A stretch of DNA of 64,000 nt from Akkermansia sp. (lineage in GTDB: Bacteria; Verrucomicrobiota; Verrucomicrobiia; Verrucomicrobiales; Akkermansiaceae). The translations under genes were made by a program, and so were the position numbers. Below the pieces are notes generated by a model that made no database searches, had not been told where the DNA came from, and saw only the letters and a list, made by a program, of their open reading frames with translations. Positions within the stretch are counted from its first letter, which is position 1; every line of letters begins with the position of its first letter. Shown one piece after another: positions 41,160-52,674 of the stretch. Where the stretch lies: contig JAZUGI010000024.1 in NCBI GenBank assembly GCA_045641125.1, forward strand, positions 1,487 through 65,486. The letters run 5' to 3'.

Positions 41160-41219
41160 AATATGACTGACGCAGTTTAGGTGACAGTTCAATTTCCCTT
41201 TTCAAACACAAATAGAAAA

Positions 41220-42296
41220 ATGATAGAATTCAAAAATCAAGTTATAGCTTCAGGTGAAGAAGCAGCCAAAATCTTCGTCACGGGAGATATAACCGAGGAA
41301 ACGGTTGTAGAACTCACAAAAGATTTGGAGCTCTGCAAAAATTCAGGCGTTAAAAAAATCACCTTCTGCGTGAACTCTCCTGGTGGTTCGGTGAGTGATG
41401 GCATGGCACTATACGACCTTGTTGTTTCTCTCGCGGATATAGAGACGGAAGCAGAAATATAGGGATTGTGCGCTAGTGCTGCGACTTACTTGCCACTTGC
41501 ATGCGACACCATACGCATTCACAAAAACGCCGACATGATGCTTCACGAGCCCGAAGGCGGCTTCTATGGCACGCTTGACACCGCGTCTGCTGACTTAGAC
41601 TATTTCAGCACCCTGCGTGACCGTATCATTGCCCTTTATGCTTCACGCACAGGTCTATCACCCGCCGAAGTAGTGGACATTCTCAAAGCAGCTCAATTTC
41701 TCAATGCCACTCGCTGCAAAGAGCTTAATCTTGTTGATGAGATTATCGGTGGAGAGGACGAGACAGAGACACAGACAGAGGAACAGGAAGAAGTCAGCAA
41801 CGAGGATGAGACTAAGGCTGATGAAGGTTCATCTGACGCTGGTTCATCGGAAGATGAGCAAGAGGAAACGGAGGACAAGTGCAAGAATGAAAAGGTATTC
41901 TCACTCAAAAATCTTGTGAAAATCTTAAAGGCGAACAACATCAGTTTCCTTAAAGCAGAGAACGATGAGTTTGCAGAGCAAGCCGAAGTTGTGAACACTC
42001 TCACCACTAGAGTCAAGGACTTGGAGACAGAGCTAGAAGCAAAGCAAAAGTCCTACAACGAGCTTCTGAACAGGCTTGAAGAAACGACAAAGGACATGGA
42101 GAAGAAAATTCAACTTGCGGTTGCAAACAAGATTGCACAGTTCGGTTATTCTGACACCTTGCCCGCACCATCCAAAGCACAAAACAAGCGCATGGATGAA
42201 GCAGAGTTCCGCAACGCCGTGAAAGAGATTTACGCGACCAAGGGATATGCAGCCGCCGCTGATTTTGTCAACAAGTACAATTCAGGGCAGCTCTAA
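41220..42296 (+). CDS. ClpP-like (S14) head maturation protease fused to an acidic/coiled scaffold domain, 1 in-frame TAG
   Basis: VNSPGGSVSDGMALYD...*GLCASAATYL...MMLHEP contains the Ser and His catalytic motifs. TAG is at 41460. The C-terminal E/D-rich and coiled-coil region is typical of scaffolds. Confidence 0.8.
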
Positions 42297-42372
42297 TTTC
42301 CTTTTTCAATTTTAACGTAGAGGGGCAACTCCTCAAAAATCAAAGTTCAATTACACAAACAATTTTTTCATT

Positions 42373-43293
42373 ATGTACAACAAATTATTTCAGAACAAAG
42401 TGACCGTCACCAACGATGTGACTGGTGAACAGAACGTAGACGAGAACGCCTTGCAAGGTACTACTACTCCCAAGGACACCCTTTGGAGCGTGGTGCTTGA
42501 GAAGGCTATCGACGCCACCAAAAAGACGCTTGTTCCGTTGAAGACTACGACCTACGACGTGCAAGAAGCGTTTAACTATATCCCACCGTCTGCTGGACAG
42601 GCTAAGCCCAATATTCAGGTGATGGTGGTGACTGACGCTGGTTCCGTTGACCATGATGGCACGCACGACCACAAGTCTGCAATGCAGTCAAAAATCGTTT
42701 CCGTTCCGTTAACCCGCTACAGCCGCACGTTCGGTATCAGCATGTTTGACGCTTAGAAGGGATTTGAAAAGACCGCTACTCAAACCGCTGCTGTGGTGAA
42801 CAAGATTTTGCAGGAAATCACCAAGGACTTTGCAACCACGGTTGCCACTACGGAGAACTCCGTGACCGTTGCTGAAGTGTCTCCTTCTACCGTTGCCCAC
42901 ACCGTTTCCGCTGCGTTCGGTGATTATGGTGACGTGGAGTCACTTGTTCTTAACCCGCAAAACTACGCCGAGCTCATCCCTGACAATGCTCTGTCATTGA
43001 AGCTGGAGAGCGGTGCGTATGGTATCGGCTCAATCTACAAGTCCTCACTTCCATCTGGCACCGAGGGTATTCTCTACAACGCGGACGCCGTGGCTTGCGC
43101 CTTTGCTCGTCCTGCTTGGAGTGAGTTGCCAAATATCGAGGTCGTGGAGTTCGAGGTCGAGGGTATCCCATTCCGCATGAAGATTGAGGCTGACGGTGAC
43201 ACGAACATCATCTATCACACCGTTGACGTGTTGTTCGGTTGTGCCGTGGCTAATGACCGTCACATTGCGAAGCTGGTTGTTTCTGGCAACTGA
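42373..43293 (+). CDS. major capsid protein (by position and size), 1 in-frame TAG
   Basis: 306 codons directly after the protease/scaffold gene. TAG at 42754 joins 42373-42756 with 42793-43293. A strong hairpin follows. Confidence 0.65.
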
Positions 43294-43302
43294 TTTTGAT
43301 GA

Positions 43303-43332
43303 GCGGTGGGAGTCAGGCTTGACTCCCACCGC
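43303..43332 (+). other. perfect 13-bp stem-loop after the capsid gene
   Basis: GCGGTGGGAGTCA-ggct-TGACTCCCACCGC with no T-run. It may be a transcript-stabilising or attenuating hairpin. Confidence 0.5.
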
Positions 43333-43371
43333 ATAAGGCAAGTTCAATCTTTCTTAAACTAAAAAATCTTT

Positions 43372-43821
43372 ATGGCAAAATCAATCAAACGCTGGGGAAA
43401 GACCCCTGTATGGGGATTGCAACACCCCGAACTCACCGATACTGGTTCGGGTGATGAGGAGCAAGTTCTCTTTGCTACAAACATCACTTGGAGTTCATCT
43501 ATTAAGGATTATGAGTAGGTGAATCACGTCGGTCAGGTCATGGGTTATGCTATCTATGACGCTCAAATGGACTGGTCGATGACTGCTAACGTAGACTACG
43601 AATTTGAAGACACTTTCCAGAACTACTACGCAACGGCTCAAGAGCTGGTGTTGAGTAATGACATTGGAAAGCACATTCTCGAATCGCCTACTGGTCTAGA
43701 CTATGACCCAGATGACGCGGTGTCCATCCTAAAGACTGTGAACATCACGCAGACTAATGATGGCGCGGCTGAACTCTCTTTGGATGGTACAGTCTACTAC
43801 TTCGGTGGTGAGGGTGAATAA
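43372..43821 (+). CDS. hypothetical virion protein, 1 in-frame TAG
   Basis: ATG at 43372. TAG at 43516 joins it to the track ORF 43519-43821. TAA stop. Confidence 0.55.
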
Positions 43822-43851
43822 TCACTTTCTTCGCATCATCAGAAATTATCA

Positions 43852-43877
43852 GGGAGCCTTACTTGGCTCCCTTTTTT
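43852..43877 (+). terminator. rho-independent terminator
   Basis: GGGAGCC-ttactt-GGCTCCC followed by TTTTTT. Confidence 0.6.
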
Positions 43878-44440
43878 CTTGCGTAGTACGCTTTTCTTGC
43901 TTCGCTGATTTTCAATCTCGTTTCTTCTGACAACTTCTATCCCGTTTTGCTTTTGTTGCCTTTGTGTGCAAGTTTCATTTTGGAGATTTGCTCGTTTGAA
44001 TAAACTCCAATTTTACCCTTGTTCCAAGGGATATTCCCTTTAAGTGTTTCGCTGATTTTCTTTCTTTGTGACTTGGGAATGATTTTCCCTTTTTGCGCTT
44101 CGCCTATTTTTCGTTTATGCTCTTCGGAATGAGGAATACCCTTTAACGCACCACCTACACCCTCACCACCGTCTGCAAGGTTGACACAATACTCACCCAT
44201 GACTGCTCGATAATGAGCAATGTACCTTTTTTCCAATTCGTCTATCGTCTCTTTAGTGTTGGCATAAGCGATAATCACCTTGACGCACTCATCAGGGTGT
44301 TTCTTGTATATCCTTCTCCAAATCTTACCTGAGCCATGATACCCATCATTATCCGCAGTTTGCCCCTATGGAAGTTTGTGCTGTCCAACGTACACGCGCC
44401 CGCTTGGAAGATGAATCATCTTGTAGACGTAAAAGGTCAT
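43859..44440 (-). CDS. second GIY-YIG/NUMOD3 homing-endonuclease-like protein, 2 in-frame TAGs
   Basis: MTFYVYKMIHLPSGRVYVGQHKLP*G... has a TAG at 44366. The track ORF stops at TAG 43937, but read-through gives KLSEETRLKISEARKAYYARKKGAK, another NUMOD3 repeat, and ends at TAA 43859. It is a paralogue of 29837..30367. Confidence 0.8.
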
Positions 44441-44503
44441 TCTGTTCTTTAATTAGTGCAATAATAATCGAGTTCTACTTCCTTTTTTTATCCAAGGGTA
44501 GAA

Positions 44504-44839
44504 ATGAATGAACTTCAAAAATTCATGGCATAGGCGGTTGCGGATTAGGTACGCACAGCGGGCGAGGACGTGGTTATAACGCGCCCGAAGGAGCAATGCG
44601 TCTAGATATACTGCAAGGCGGTCATAACGAGCCGTGATGGCTCATTTCAGGCTGCTATCGGTGGGGCAGAATACTCGGTCACGGGTCACGCCCTGATACA
44701 ACACACTTCGCTGAACGGTGGCTATCCCAAAGCAGGAGACAATCTGCAACAGGCAAGCGGTGAGCGGTGGATAATCACCAACACCATCATGTCGAACAAT
44801 GACGCCGCTATATCTTGTGACCTCGTAAGGATGGCATAA
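44504..44839 (+). CDS. putative head-tail adaptor/closure protein, 3 in-frame TAGs
   Basis: 111 codons, invisible in the track because the fragments are under 60 aa. TAGs are at 44531, 44546 and 44603. The C-terminal ..GERWIITNTIMSNND..ISCDLV resembles head-tail joining proteins. Confidence 0.45.
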
Positions 44840-44841
44840 TC

Positions 44842-45729
44842 ATGGAGAATGTAACACTACCAGGAGGAAAGCTGCTACAGGTGTACTCATGCGTCAAGGT
44901 GCATGAGAAGCAGATTGCCGACACTATCCGCGGCATAGTGTAGAACGGCTTGAAGCACGTCATGCAGACCGTGACGAACAAGATTGTGTCACGCACTCTG
45001 CCGAACACTCCCCAAAATACTGGCAGCGTATCGAAGAAGAACGTGACCGCGCTACGCAAGCGCATTCGCAAGAACTTCCTCAACGATGGAGATTTTTTGC
45101 AGACCTATCCCAACCACTACGGCAAACCGATCTTCGATGATGACGTTGCAAGCGGCTCAACCGCTCTTCCCGTGGTGGTTGTCAGACCCTACAGAGGACG
45201 CCCGAAGAAGGGTCGCAAAGTTAATCAGCCTGACAGGATATACGAGCCGCATGCGCTGCTTTCCTACCTTGACCGCTACACAGAGTTCCGCAAGAAGAAA
45301 AAAGCGGTGATGCGATACAAGAAACAGGGCGCGCACTTAGTGTGGACAACGAAGCAAAATCTGCAAGAGGCTTCACGCATTATGGAAGCGCGTGCGGGTA
45401 ACAACATTTTCGGCTGGAACAGTCTTGCTTCACAGGTGGGCAGCGCGGCAATGAGCAAGTCGCTAAACGTGGGCAAAGGACGCTTTGACAGTCCTGGTGG
45501 AAGTGCGCGCATTACCCCTGCAACATTCAGCTCGGTTGACTCCATGCGTATACAGGCGTTGAACACAAACGCACCGCAAGAGACAACAGGCTATCAGCAG
45601 CGCGTGATTGACGTCAATATACCGAAGTGGATGCAAAACGCATTTGCGCGCGACTTGAAGTTTATGACTCCTAGGAAGCTGCTCAAAGGCGTTAAACTAC
45701 CGCCTGATATTACAGTCACTTGGGATTGA
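44842..45729 (+). CDS. hypothetical neck/tail protein, 1 in-frame TAG
   Basis: ATG at 44842 and TAG at 44941 joining to the track ORF 44950-45729. The middle is basic. Confidence 0.55.
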
Positions 45730-45755
45730 ATTTCCTTTTTCAAATCATTTATAGC

Positions 45756-46175
45756 ATGGAGAGTATACAGTCATTCACCGCAAAACTTGCAGCCGCGTTT
45801 TCATAGCAACAACCAAACAACGCCGCGCTCACTTGGGACTTTCGCGGTGAAGTTGCAGACATGGTGGAGTACGAGAACACACTCATCGGCATTGTCAGTT
45901 TTAGCACGTCCACCGAAGAACTGTATGGCAACCGCACGCAAAGACTGGAGGGTAGCTTAACAGGTCAAATCAGAATAGAGCAGATGACAAACGCGCAGAT
46001 ATTGTCATGCCTGAACTAGCTACAGACCATCCTTTACGACTATATCGGTGGACTTCGCTACACAGAGATTGGTGACGCCGTAGTGTTGCAGGGTACTTGC
46101 GACTCCATACTCACGCAGTAGAACGGCACTTATTTTCAGTTCGTTCTTCCCATCAATCTCGTTGTTCAATTTTAA
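45756..46175 (+). CDS. hypothetical virion protein, 3 in-frame TAGs
   Basis: 139 codons, not in the track. TAGs are at 45804, 46017 and 46119. No TAA or TGA in frame. TAA stop at 46173. Confidence 0.5.
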
Positions 46176-46189
46176 CGTCAATTTTCAAC

Positions 46190-47707
46190 ATGAATACAAA
46201 GGTACAGAACTTTTCACTCGTAGAGGGAAGCCGAAGCAGAATTGTCATCAAGCTGCCTGACGGTGCTGACCCCTATAGCTACACAGTCACGGCGGGCAAC
46301 GACAGGTGTCAACAGCGTCATTTGCAGTACGAGGTTGACTCCATATCAGACCACACAATCACCATGCTATCTGAACCCGCGCCAAGTTGCATGACGATAC
46401 CCTACCAGTTGTTCATCACCGACAACAACTCACACGTCGAGTGGTTCGTAATTAGTGGGTACGTCACAGTCATCAGGCGTCTTGTAGGCGGTGCAAACAC
46501 GGAGTCGCAGGAGATTGAGCCACCCTTGTCTGAACAGGTGCTAGAGTTAAACGTCACGTTGGAGTATAGCAAGGCTGATTTGGATGAAGCGGTGGCACTA
46601 GCACTAGGAGCCGCAAGCAATGCACAGCAGTCAGCCGTTGACGCTGGAAGCTCTGCGGGATTGGCGTGGGATTATGCACAATGCGCCCATCGTGCCGTGA
46701 GTGATATAGGGTCAAGTGTAGAGTCTGCTTGGAGTGCAGCGGGTAAATCACAAGAATGGAGCGAGCTTGCAAGACAGTACAAGGAACAATCTTGTTGTTA
46801 CAAGAAACTAGCGTTTAATTACGCGAGCTCGTCGGAAATGTTCGCGACTACGACAACATTTAATGCAAACAGAGCGGAGAAGGCAGAGCAATTATCATGC
46901 CAAGGTGCGACAGTATCTAAAAACTTCGCCCTTTGTGCGAGAAAGTGGTCAATGTGTGCAGCAGCGTACAAGAATGGAGCCCAATTATCAGCCAGCAGCG
47001 CAGAAACGTATAAAAATCAGGCTTTGAGCTACATGAACCAGTCATGCTCATACGCATCAACCGCAAGTCAAGCAGCCAATCAAGCATCTCAATACTCCTC
47101 AGCCGCTTGTGCCGCACGGGATGAAGCATGCTCATATGCAACCAGCGCATGCAACGCTGCAACGGAAGCGCAATAGAAATCATCACAGGCTGGTTCATAC
47201 GCAGATTGTTCGGCAACGTGGGCTCACAGCGCGTGCCATCACTCACAGCAAGCTCAATCATATGCGTTTTGTGCGTGCAGTTACGCCGCATCAGCACAAT
47301 CCGCCGCTGCATCAGCACAATGCGCCGCTGACGCTGCGAGACAATACGTGAGTCAGTTTATCCAAGGTCCAACTTGGAGAGACGTGCAACCATGCACAGT
47401 CATCACCATGCGAAATAACGAGGTCGGTATAATTGTTGCTCCTTGTGACGCCTAGCATGCCGCTCATTATCCAATACAGTTAAATCCCAACACCACGACC
47501 GAGCTTTACTTGGATTATGGAGCTGATTTTGAAGGTCAAGAGGTCAGTTTCCCTGCATGTTGGAAGTGGATTAACGACTCACTCCCCGAAAACTTTGAAG
47601 CGGGTAACATTTATCGCATAGCCGTGCGTGATGACAGTCCATTTGACTCATGTGGACTACACACACCTCGAATCATAGCCAATGTGGCTTACGAATATCA
47701 AAAGTAA
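46190..47707 (+). CDS. tail-fibre-like protein with Ala/Ser/Cys-rich repeat region, 2 in-frame TAGs
   Basis: It has long A-x-x-S-A/Q-type repeats like phage fibre shafts. TAGs at 47174 and 47453 join it to the track ORF 47510-47707. Confidence 0.55.
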
Positions 47708-47720
47708 CTTTTAAACGAAC

Positions 47721-48266
47721 ATGAAAAAGATTTACGCTAAAATTATAGACGGACGTCTTCAATACATGGGGCGTGTTCCTAACGTGGTGAACGCCACCGA
47801 AGAGACGCGCGAACATTACGCACGCGAAAACGGCTTCAAAGAGTATCTACACACTACACAGCCGAGCCGCTTTTACGTCCAGAGCTACACAGAGAGCGAC
47901 ACGCTCATCACGGATGAGTGGACGCCCTGTGACCTAGAACAAGCAAAGCAGAGCGCATTGGAAGAAGTGTAGAACAATCTCACCCACGAGCTAAGAGAAA
48001 GAAGAAGCATTGAATGTGATGGCTTCGCCAATCTCATCATCTACGACCAGGACGCATTGACTAACGCTACAGGCTTGACCGCTGGCGACATGTTCATTGA
48101 CGCTGCGGATGAAGTTCACCAGCTCACCGCTGATGACGTATCGCGCATTCAAGCGGCTTTGAAAAACTACCGCCTGACGCTCTATGCAGCCGCTACAACG
48201 CGCCGCGCTTCCATTTCCGCTGCAACTACCGTGGACGAGGTGGAACGCGCCTTAAACGGCAACTGA
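47721..48266 (+). CDS. DUF4376-like fibre-associated/assembly protein, 1 in-frame TAG
   Basis: TAG at 47970 joins 47721-47972 with 48057-48266. The C-terminal pattern (..IIYDQDALTNATGL..FIDAADEVHQLTADDVSRIQAAL) is DUF4376-like. Confidence 0.45.
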
Positions 48267-48290
48267 CGCCCCTACACAGGCAAGGTTCAG

Positions 48291-48316
48291 GCACACTCTG
48301 GCGAGTGTGCTTTTTC
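48291..48316 (+). terminator. rho-independent terminator
   Basis: GCACACTC-tggc-GAGTGTGC followed by TTTTT. Confidence 0.6.
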
Positions 48317-48345
48317 CTTTTTCGTTCCCATGGTAAGGTCAATTT

Positions 48346-48843
48346 ATGAATTTGCAGATACCGTAGGACACGAGAAGAATAATCCTCGTCAGCAACGTAG
48401 AACAGCCGCCCGCCTTTACTTTCAAGGATGGTGATTTGGTAGTGGAGATGAACAAGGCGGTACACCACGACAAGCTCATTGCCGTTTTGGGTGCGGCTCC
48501 AATAAAAAAGTTTTTATTCATCAGGCACAACAAAAAGGGGCATTTTTTCCCCTAGAACTTCACGGAAAAGTCCAGCACTTGGGACAACATTGTGATGAGC
48601 AGCGAACTCTACGGCTTCGCGTCAGAACGCTGGTTCGCAGACTACAGCCGCGCAACAGATGGCAAGACTCCCACCACGGGATATGGACTCTACAAGATTT
48701 TCAGATCACGCCGCCCGAACATGCCTATCATTGGGCTGGGATTTAACCCTGACGACCACACCACGCCGCATTCACCTATGCACGCATGGGAGTACGAGTG
48801 GGAGCAGTACAGGCACGACAAACATTTTCAACTACACGCATGA
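48346..48843 (+). CDS. hypothetical protein, 2 in-frame TAGs
   Basis: ATG at 48346, with TAGs at 48364 and 48553 joining to the track ORF 48592-48843. This is preferred over the two minus-strand track ORFs here. Confidence 0.5.
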
Positions 48844-49604
48844 ACAAGGAAGATTTTACACAGATAGGAACAAGCATTGAGTCGGTCGATTTGGCGGCAT
48901 TGTTGATTGCATTGGAATTTCCCCTCCTCTCCTGCAACACGGTAGAAGGCGTGAACCTCGATGGTGGAGCGACACCGCGCAAGACCATCACGTGGAAGTT
49001 CGGCAAGGTAAGTGAGAACGGCAAACACAGACTGGATGAAGTACGGCGCAAGTGGATATTGCCAAAAGAATTCACCTTGGACGATTACCAGTTGTCACGC
49101 CTTCTTGCCTAGAACTTGGGTATATTGAAGAACTTGTCCAAGCACCCTGCTTCCATCTTGTGGAACGACTTTGACGGTATCGGTCAGCTATCGAGCAGGG
49201 AGTGTTCCAAGAAGTGCAAAGAGCTACCAATATCGGCAAGGGGCTTCGGCGGCATTTGTGACACGTCTACAATCGCCCTAGCAATCACGCTTGGAGTCAT
49301 CCCTAGTGCCATGTATATGGACAATGGAAGATTGCATGTGAGCTTCACACGCACGGCAAACAGCGTAAACTTGGACGATGTGATACGCATGCTGAAAGAC
49401 CCCAACATGAGAAGGCGCGACAACACGAACGCGGTTGCAACTCTCATTTGCCAGTTGGACAACCGTGCAGAGATTTTAGCAAACATTGACGCCATGCGGA
49501 AAAAAATTCGCCTCATCGGTGATGGTGGAGAAACACAGGTCATGTTCGAGCAGGGCAAACTCAAAGAGAAAGACAAGGCAAAAATCAAAGACCTGTTCAG
49601 CTAA
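48840..49604 (+). CDS. hypothetical protein, 1 in-frame TAG
   Basis: The start has ATGA overlap with the upstream stop. TAG at 49110 joins 48840-49112 with 49116-49604. Confidence 0.55.
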
Positions 49605-49638
49605 GCATTTTCCTTTTTGAACGTATTGTAGAACAACC

Positions 49639-51678
49639 ATGAGCAAAGGCACAATCCAAGTTGACGTACAGGCAAACACGCAAAAGGCGACACAGTAGGT
49701 GAAGAAGCTGCAAAGCGACTTGCAGTCAAGCTCATCTTCGGGCAAGTTCGATTTTGGTGGACTGGATGGGATATAGAGCAAGTTCGCAGAGATTAAGAAC
49801 GGACTGACCAGCATAGGTGAGACGTCCTCAATCAAAACAGTAGCACAGGGGTTGAAAGGTCTTGGCAAGGGTGCAGTCGGTGCGGGTGCTGCGATAGGCG
49901 GTCTAGCGGTGGTTGTGAAGACCGTGGACGCGCAGATTGACCGCATGATTCAGACTGGCATGGAAGCAGAAAAACAGTTCCAGCGCACAAACGTCACGCT
50001 CACCAATCTTGACCGCAATCTTGGCGGCGCGGGCAGGAGCTTCGATGGCTTCACAAAAGAGCTGCAACTCATGGCGGCGAACGGTGTCAATTCCGTGGAC
50101 GAGCTTAATTCAGCAGCGCAGTAGTTGATGACCGCATTCGATGGCAACTCTACAAAGGCGCGCAAACTTCTATCCACCTTCGATGACCTTGCGGCTGGCA
50201 CGGGTGTTCAGGTGAGCGATTGGGCAAGCATGGCGTCAGAGGTGAGCCTGACAGGTGTTTCCATTAAGGACTTGACGCGCCTTTCAAATAAGGGCATACC
50301 CATCTATCAGGCACTCGGTGACGCCATGAACGTCACAGCAGAGCAAGCCGAGAGCGTGGCAAAGGCTGGACAGGTGGGGATGGAGGATTGGTTCGACGCT
50401 ATCGAGAAATTGAGCCAACGATACAAGGGATTATCCCAGCAGCTAAGCTCCTAGACGCTGGAAGGGGCGCAAAGCACGTTCGAGCAGTCTAAGGGGTTGA
50501 AGTACCAGGGAGCCGCCGAAGGGTACGCGGAAGAGCGTGTGAGAGGCTTAAACGAGATGAGCGACAAAATGCAAGAGTTCGCTCAAAATCCCGTGTGGCA
50601 AGAGACAATCTCCGTCCTTGGCGGTGTTAAGGCTGCATTTGAGAATGACGTTATTGACCCCCTGAAACAACTGCCCGCAAAGCTGGGTGATGGACTGGCA
50701 ATCACACTCGTTGGCATGGTGTCAGATCTGAAAGGAGCAGTCGAGGCGGGAGTACAGGCTAAGCAGTCTCAGAAACTGGCAGACGTGACACGCGCCGCCG
50801 CCGAGGGTATAGCTGGCAAGCTCACAGCAGGGCAGATGGAGGACGTCCTTGCTCAAATGAAGAGCGGCAAAATCAACCACGATAGCCTTCCACAAGAGCA
50901 TTGGGATAGGATGATTGCCTAGCTGGAGAACGCCCTCAAGCAGCGCAAAGAACAAGACGCACAGGACAAGGAGAAAGAGGATGCCAAAATAAAGGCCGAG
51001 AACATGCGGCAAGCGTAGCTCAAATATGGAACGCTGTAGGACAAATTAAAGGCGGTGAGCGGGCGTGATGGTGCAATGTAGATACGGATAGACTCACCGA
51101 AACAGATACAGGCGGCTATTGACAGGCTGAAATAGGACTTGCTCGATGGGAAGATTGTTGACGTCAAGGCTGGTGAGGACACCCTAAAAACGCTGGAGAG
51201 TTTGCAACGAGAATACGAGCAGCAAACACAGGCAGCGGCAAGGGCAGAGGAAGAACTAGCACGCAAGCGCAAAGAGTCAGCGGACGCCGCATTGCAAGCA
51301 AAGACTGCCGAGACGAAGCAGTATATCGAGGGCAAGGCAAGTATCGGCAAGCAAATTACAGACGCACAGAAAGACTACGACACCGTGACCGCAAAGCTGG
51401 AGCGCATGCAACAGGCAAAGCAAGTCATCCAAGACGAAGAAGCGCACGGCATTTTCCGCAAGAAGTGGGGCAACCTAAACGTGAGCGACGTCTCCACAAA
51501 GGAAGCAGAGTTGCTGAACGAGTAGAAGCAAGCAGCGTAGAAGCTGGCAGAGCTTAAACAGAGCTATGACACCTACGACCAGCGGTGGAATCAGGCGCGC
51601 ACGCAAATTCAAAACTTCTTCACGTCTGTAGTCGCCGGCAACATTGTTCCGGTCAAGGGCGTTCCCGTCACAGGTTAA
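49639..51678 (+). CDS. tail tape-measure protein, 11 in-frame TAGs
   Basis: 680 codons in one frame spanning the track ORFs 49852-50124, 50125-50454, 50497-50922 and 51139-51525. The TMP core is recognisable (GVNSVDELNSAAQ*LMTAF...LAAGTGVQVSDWASMASEVSLTGVSIKDLTRLSNKGIPIYQALGDAMNV) and the C-terminus is coiled-coil. TAGs are at 49696, 49774, 50122, 50452, 50920, 51016, 51037, 51079, 51133, 51523 and 51538. Confidence 0.75.
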
Positions 51679-51698
51679 AAAACAATTTTAGGTCAATT

Positions 51699-52106
51699 AT
51701 GAATCGCAGTATTATCGAAAATGAAATGTGTCTCCCACACGGCGAGACGGAAACGCAAATGCGTCCAATAACCATCGGCACGCTTGCAATCTTGGAGAGA
51801 CTAGGCAACCCGCTTGTCGGCACGCTCATTGGTGTAGGCAACGCGCAGTTCACAGACTCGGTGGAGAACTTGCTTGAACTGTTTTACATTCACAGCGTGG
51901 ATGACTCGCAGCTCTACAGCATTGTTGACGCACTCTACACCGACCCTGACAGCGTAAAGAAGGACGCCGTATTGTGGGGCAAAGACATGAGCGTTGACGA
52001 GATTGCAGACAACTTGAACAAGCTGCTTCATCAGCAAGGACTAATTCAAGGCTCGATGGTGGAGACGGTGAAGAACAAGGCGCGCAAGTCACCAAAAAAA
52101 GTTTGA
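51699..52106 (+). CDS. hypothetical protein (TAG-free)
   Basis: 135 aa from ATG 51699 within track ORF 51585-52106. Confidence 0.5.
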   Translation: MNRSIIENEMCLPHGETETQMRPITIGTLAILERLGNPLVGTLIGVGNAQFTDSVENLLELFYIHSVDDSQLYSIVDALYTDPDSVKKDAVLWGKDMSVDEIADNLNKLLHQQGLIQGSMVETVKNKARKSPKKV

Positions 52107-52303
52107 GTCAGTCGTTCTTAGTGTGGCTCATGTCACTAATCGCGTGCGAGACAGGATGGCACTTGGACTATATCCGCTCGTTGCCGTTCTATCAGGTCTT
52201 GCAAGTTCTAGCTTTCAAGCTGCAATGGGAGGGCAATGAGCTTCGCTGGAAGAAGCGCGCATGTGACAACGAGCGGCTGAACAAGTTTATTGAGTCACTT
52301 TAA
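52103..52303 (+). CDS. hypothetical small protein
   Basis: A 66-aa ORF with an uncertain start (TTG 52103, GTG 52121 or ATG 52130). Confidence 0.35.
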   Translation: MSQSFLVWLMSLIACETGWHLDYIRSLPFYQVLQVLAFKLQWEGNELRWKKRACDNERLNKFIESL

Positions 52304-52329
52304 TTTTCCTTTTCAACTTAAAGATAGAA

Positions 52330-52674
52330 ATGTCACAGAAACAGATAAAGACGTGGGGAAAGATTGGCGGCTTTGAGTCGTTGGCCAAATCTTGGAGTGA
52401 CCCGCCTACTGGATGGGCGTTTTGGCCGCTTTATCTCAAATGCGCCGACTATGCAGAAACGATTATCCACGGTGATGATTGCAGCGTCATGCATGACGCC
52501 TCATGCTTTAATGCAGACTTAGGAACGGAAGGTCACGGCGAACGCATTACTTTCTACGACTTCACGTTCTAGACAGGGCAACCGCAAGCAACGATGACCG
52601 TTCGGCGTGGCACGGCAAAGAAGAAGCCCGAAGAAACGTGTTGCCGATACCTAGATTGGAGGATTTTTAAATGA
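52330..52674 (+). CDS. hypothetical protein, 1 in-frame TAG
   Basis: Read-through of TAG 52570 adds 33 aa. The ORF then ends at a TGA that overlaps the next ATG (ATGA at 52671-52674). Confidence 0.55.

Noticed and set aside
48226-48533. Two overlapping minus-strand ORFs (80 and 64 aa) downstream of the fibre-associated gene.
   Set aside because: One overlaps the upstream gene and its terminator and lacks an ATG. The other is low-complexity. The plus strand gives a 165-codon ORF (48346-48843) once two TAGs are read as sense, and it is co-directional with its neighbours.
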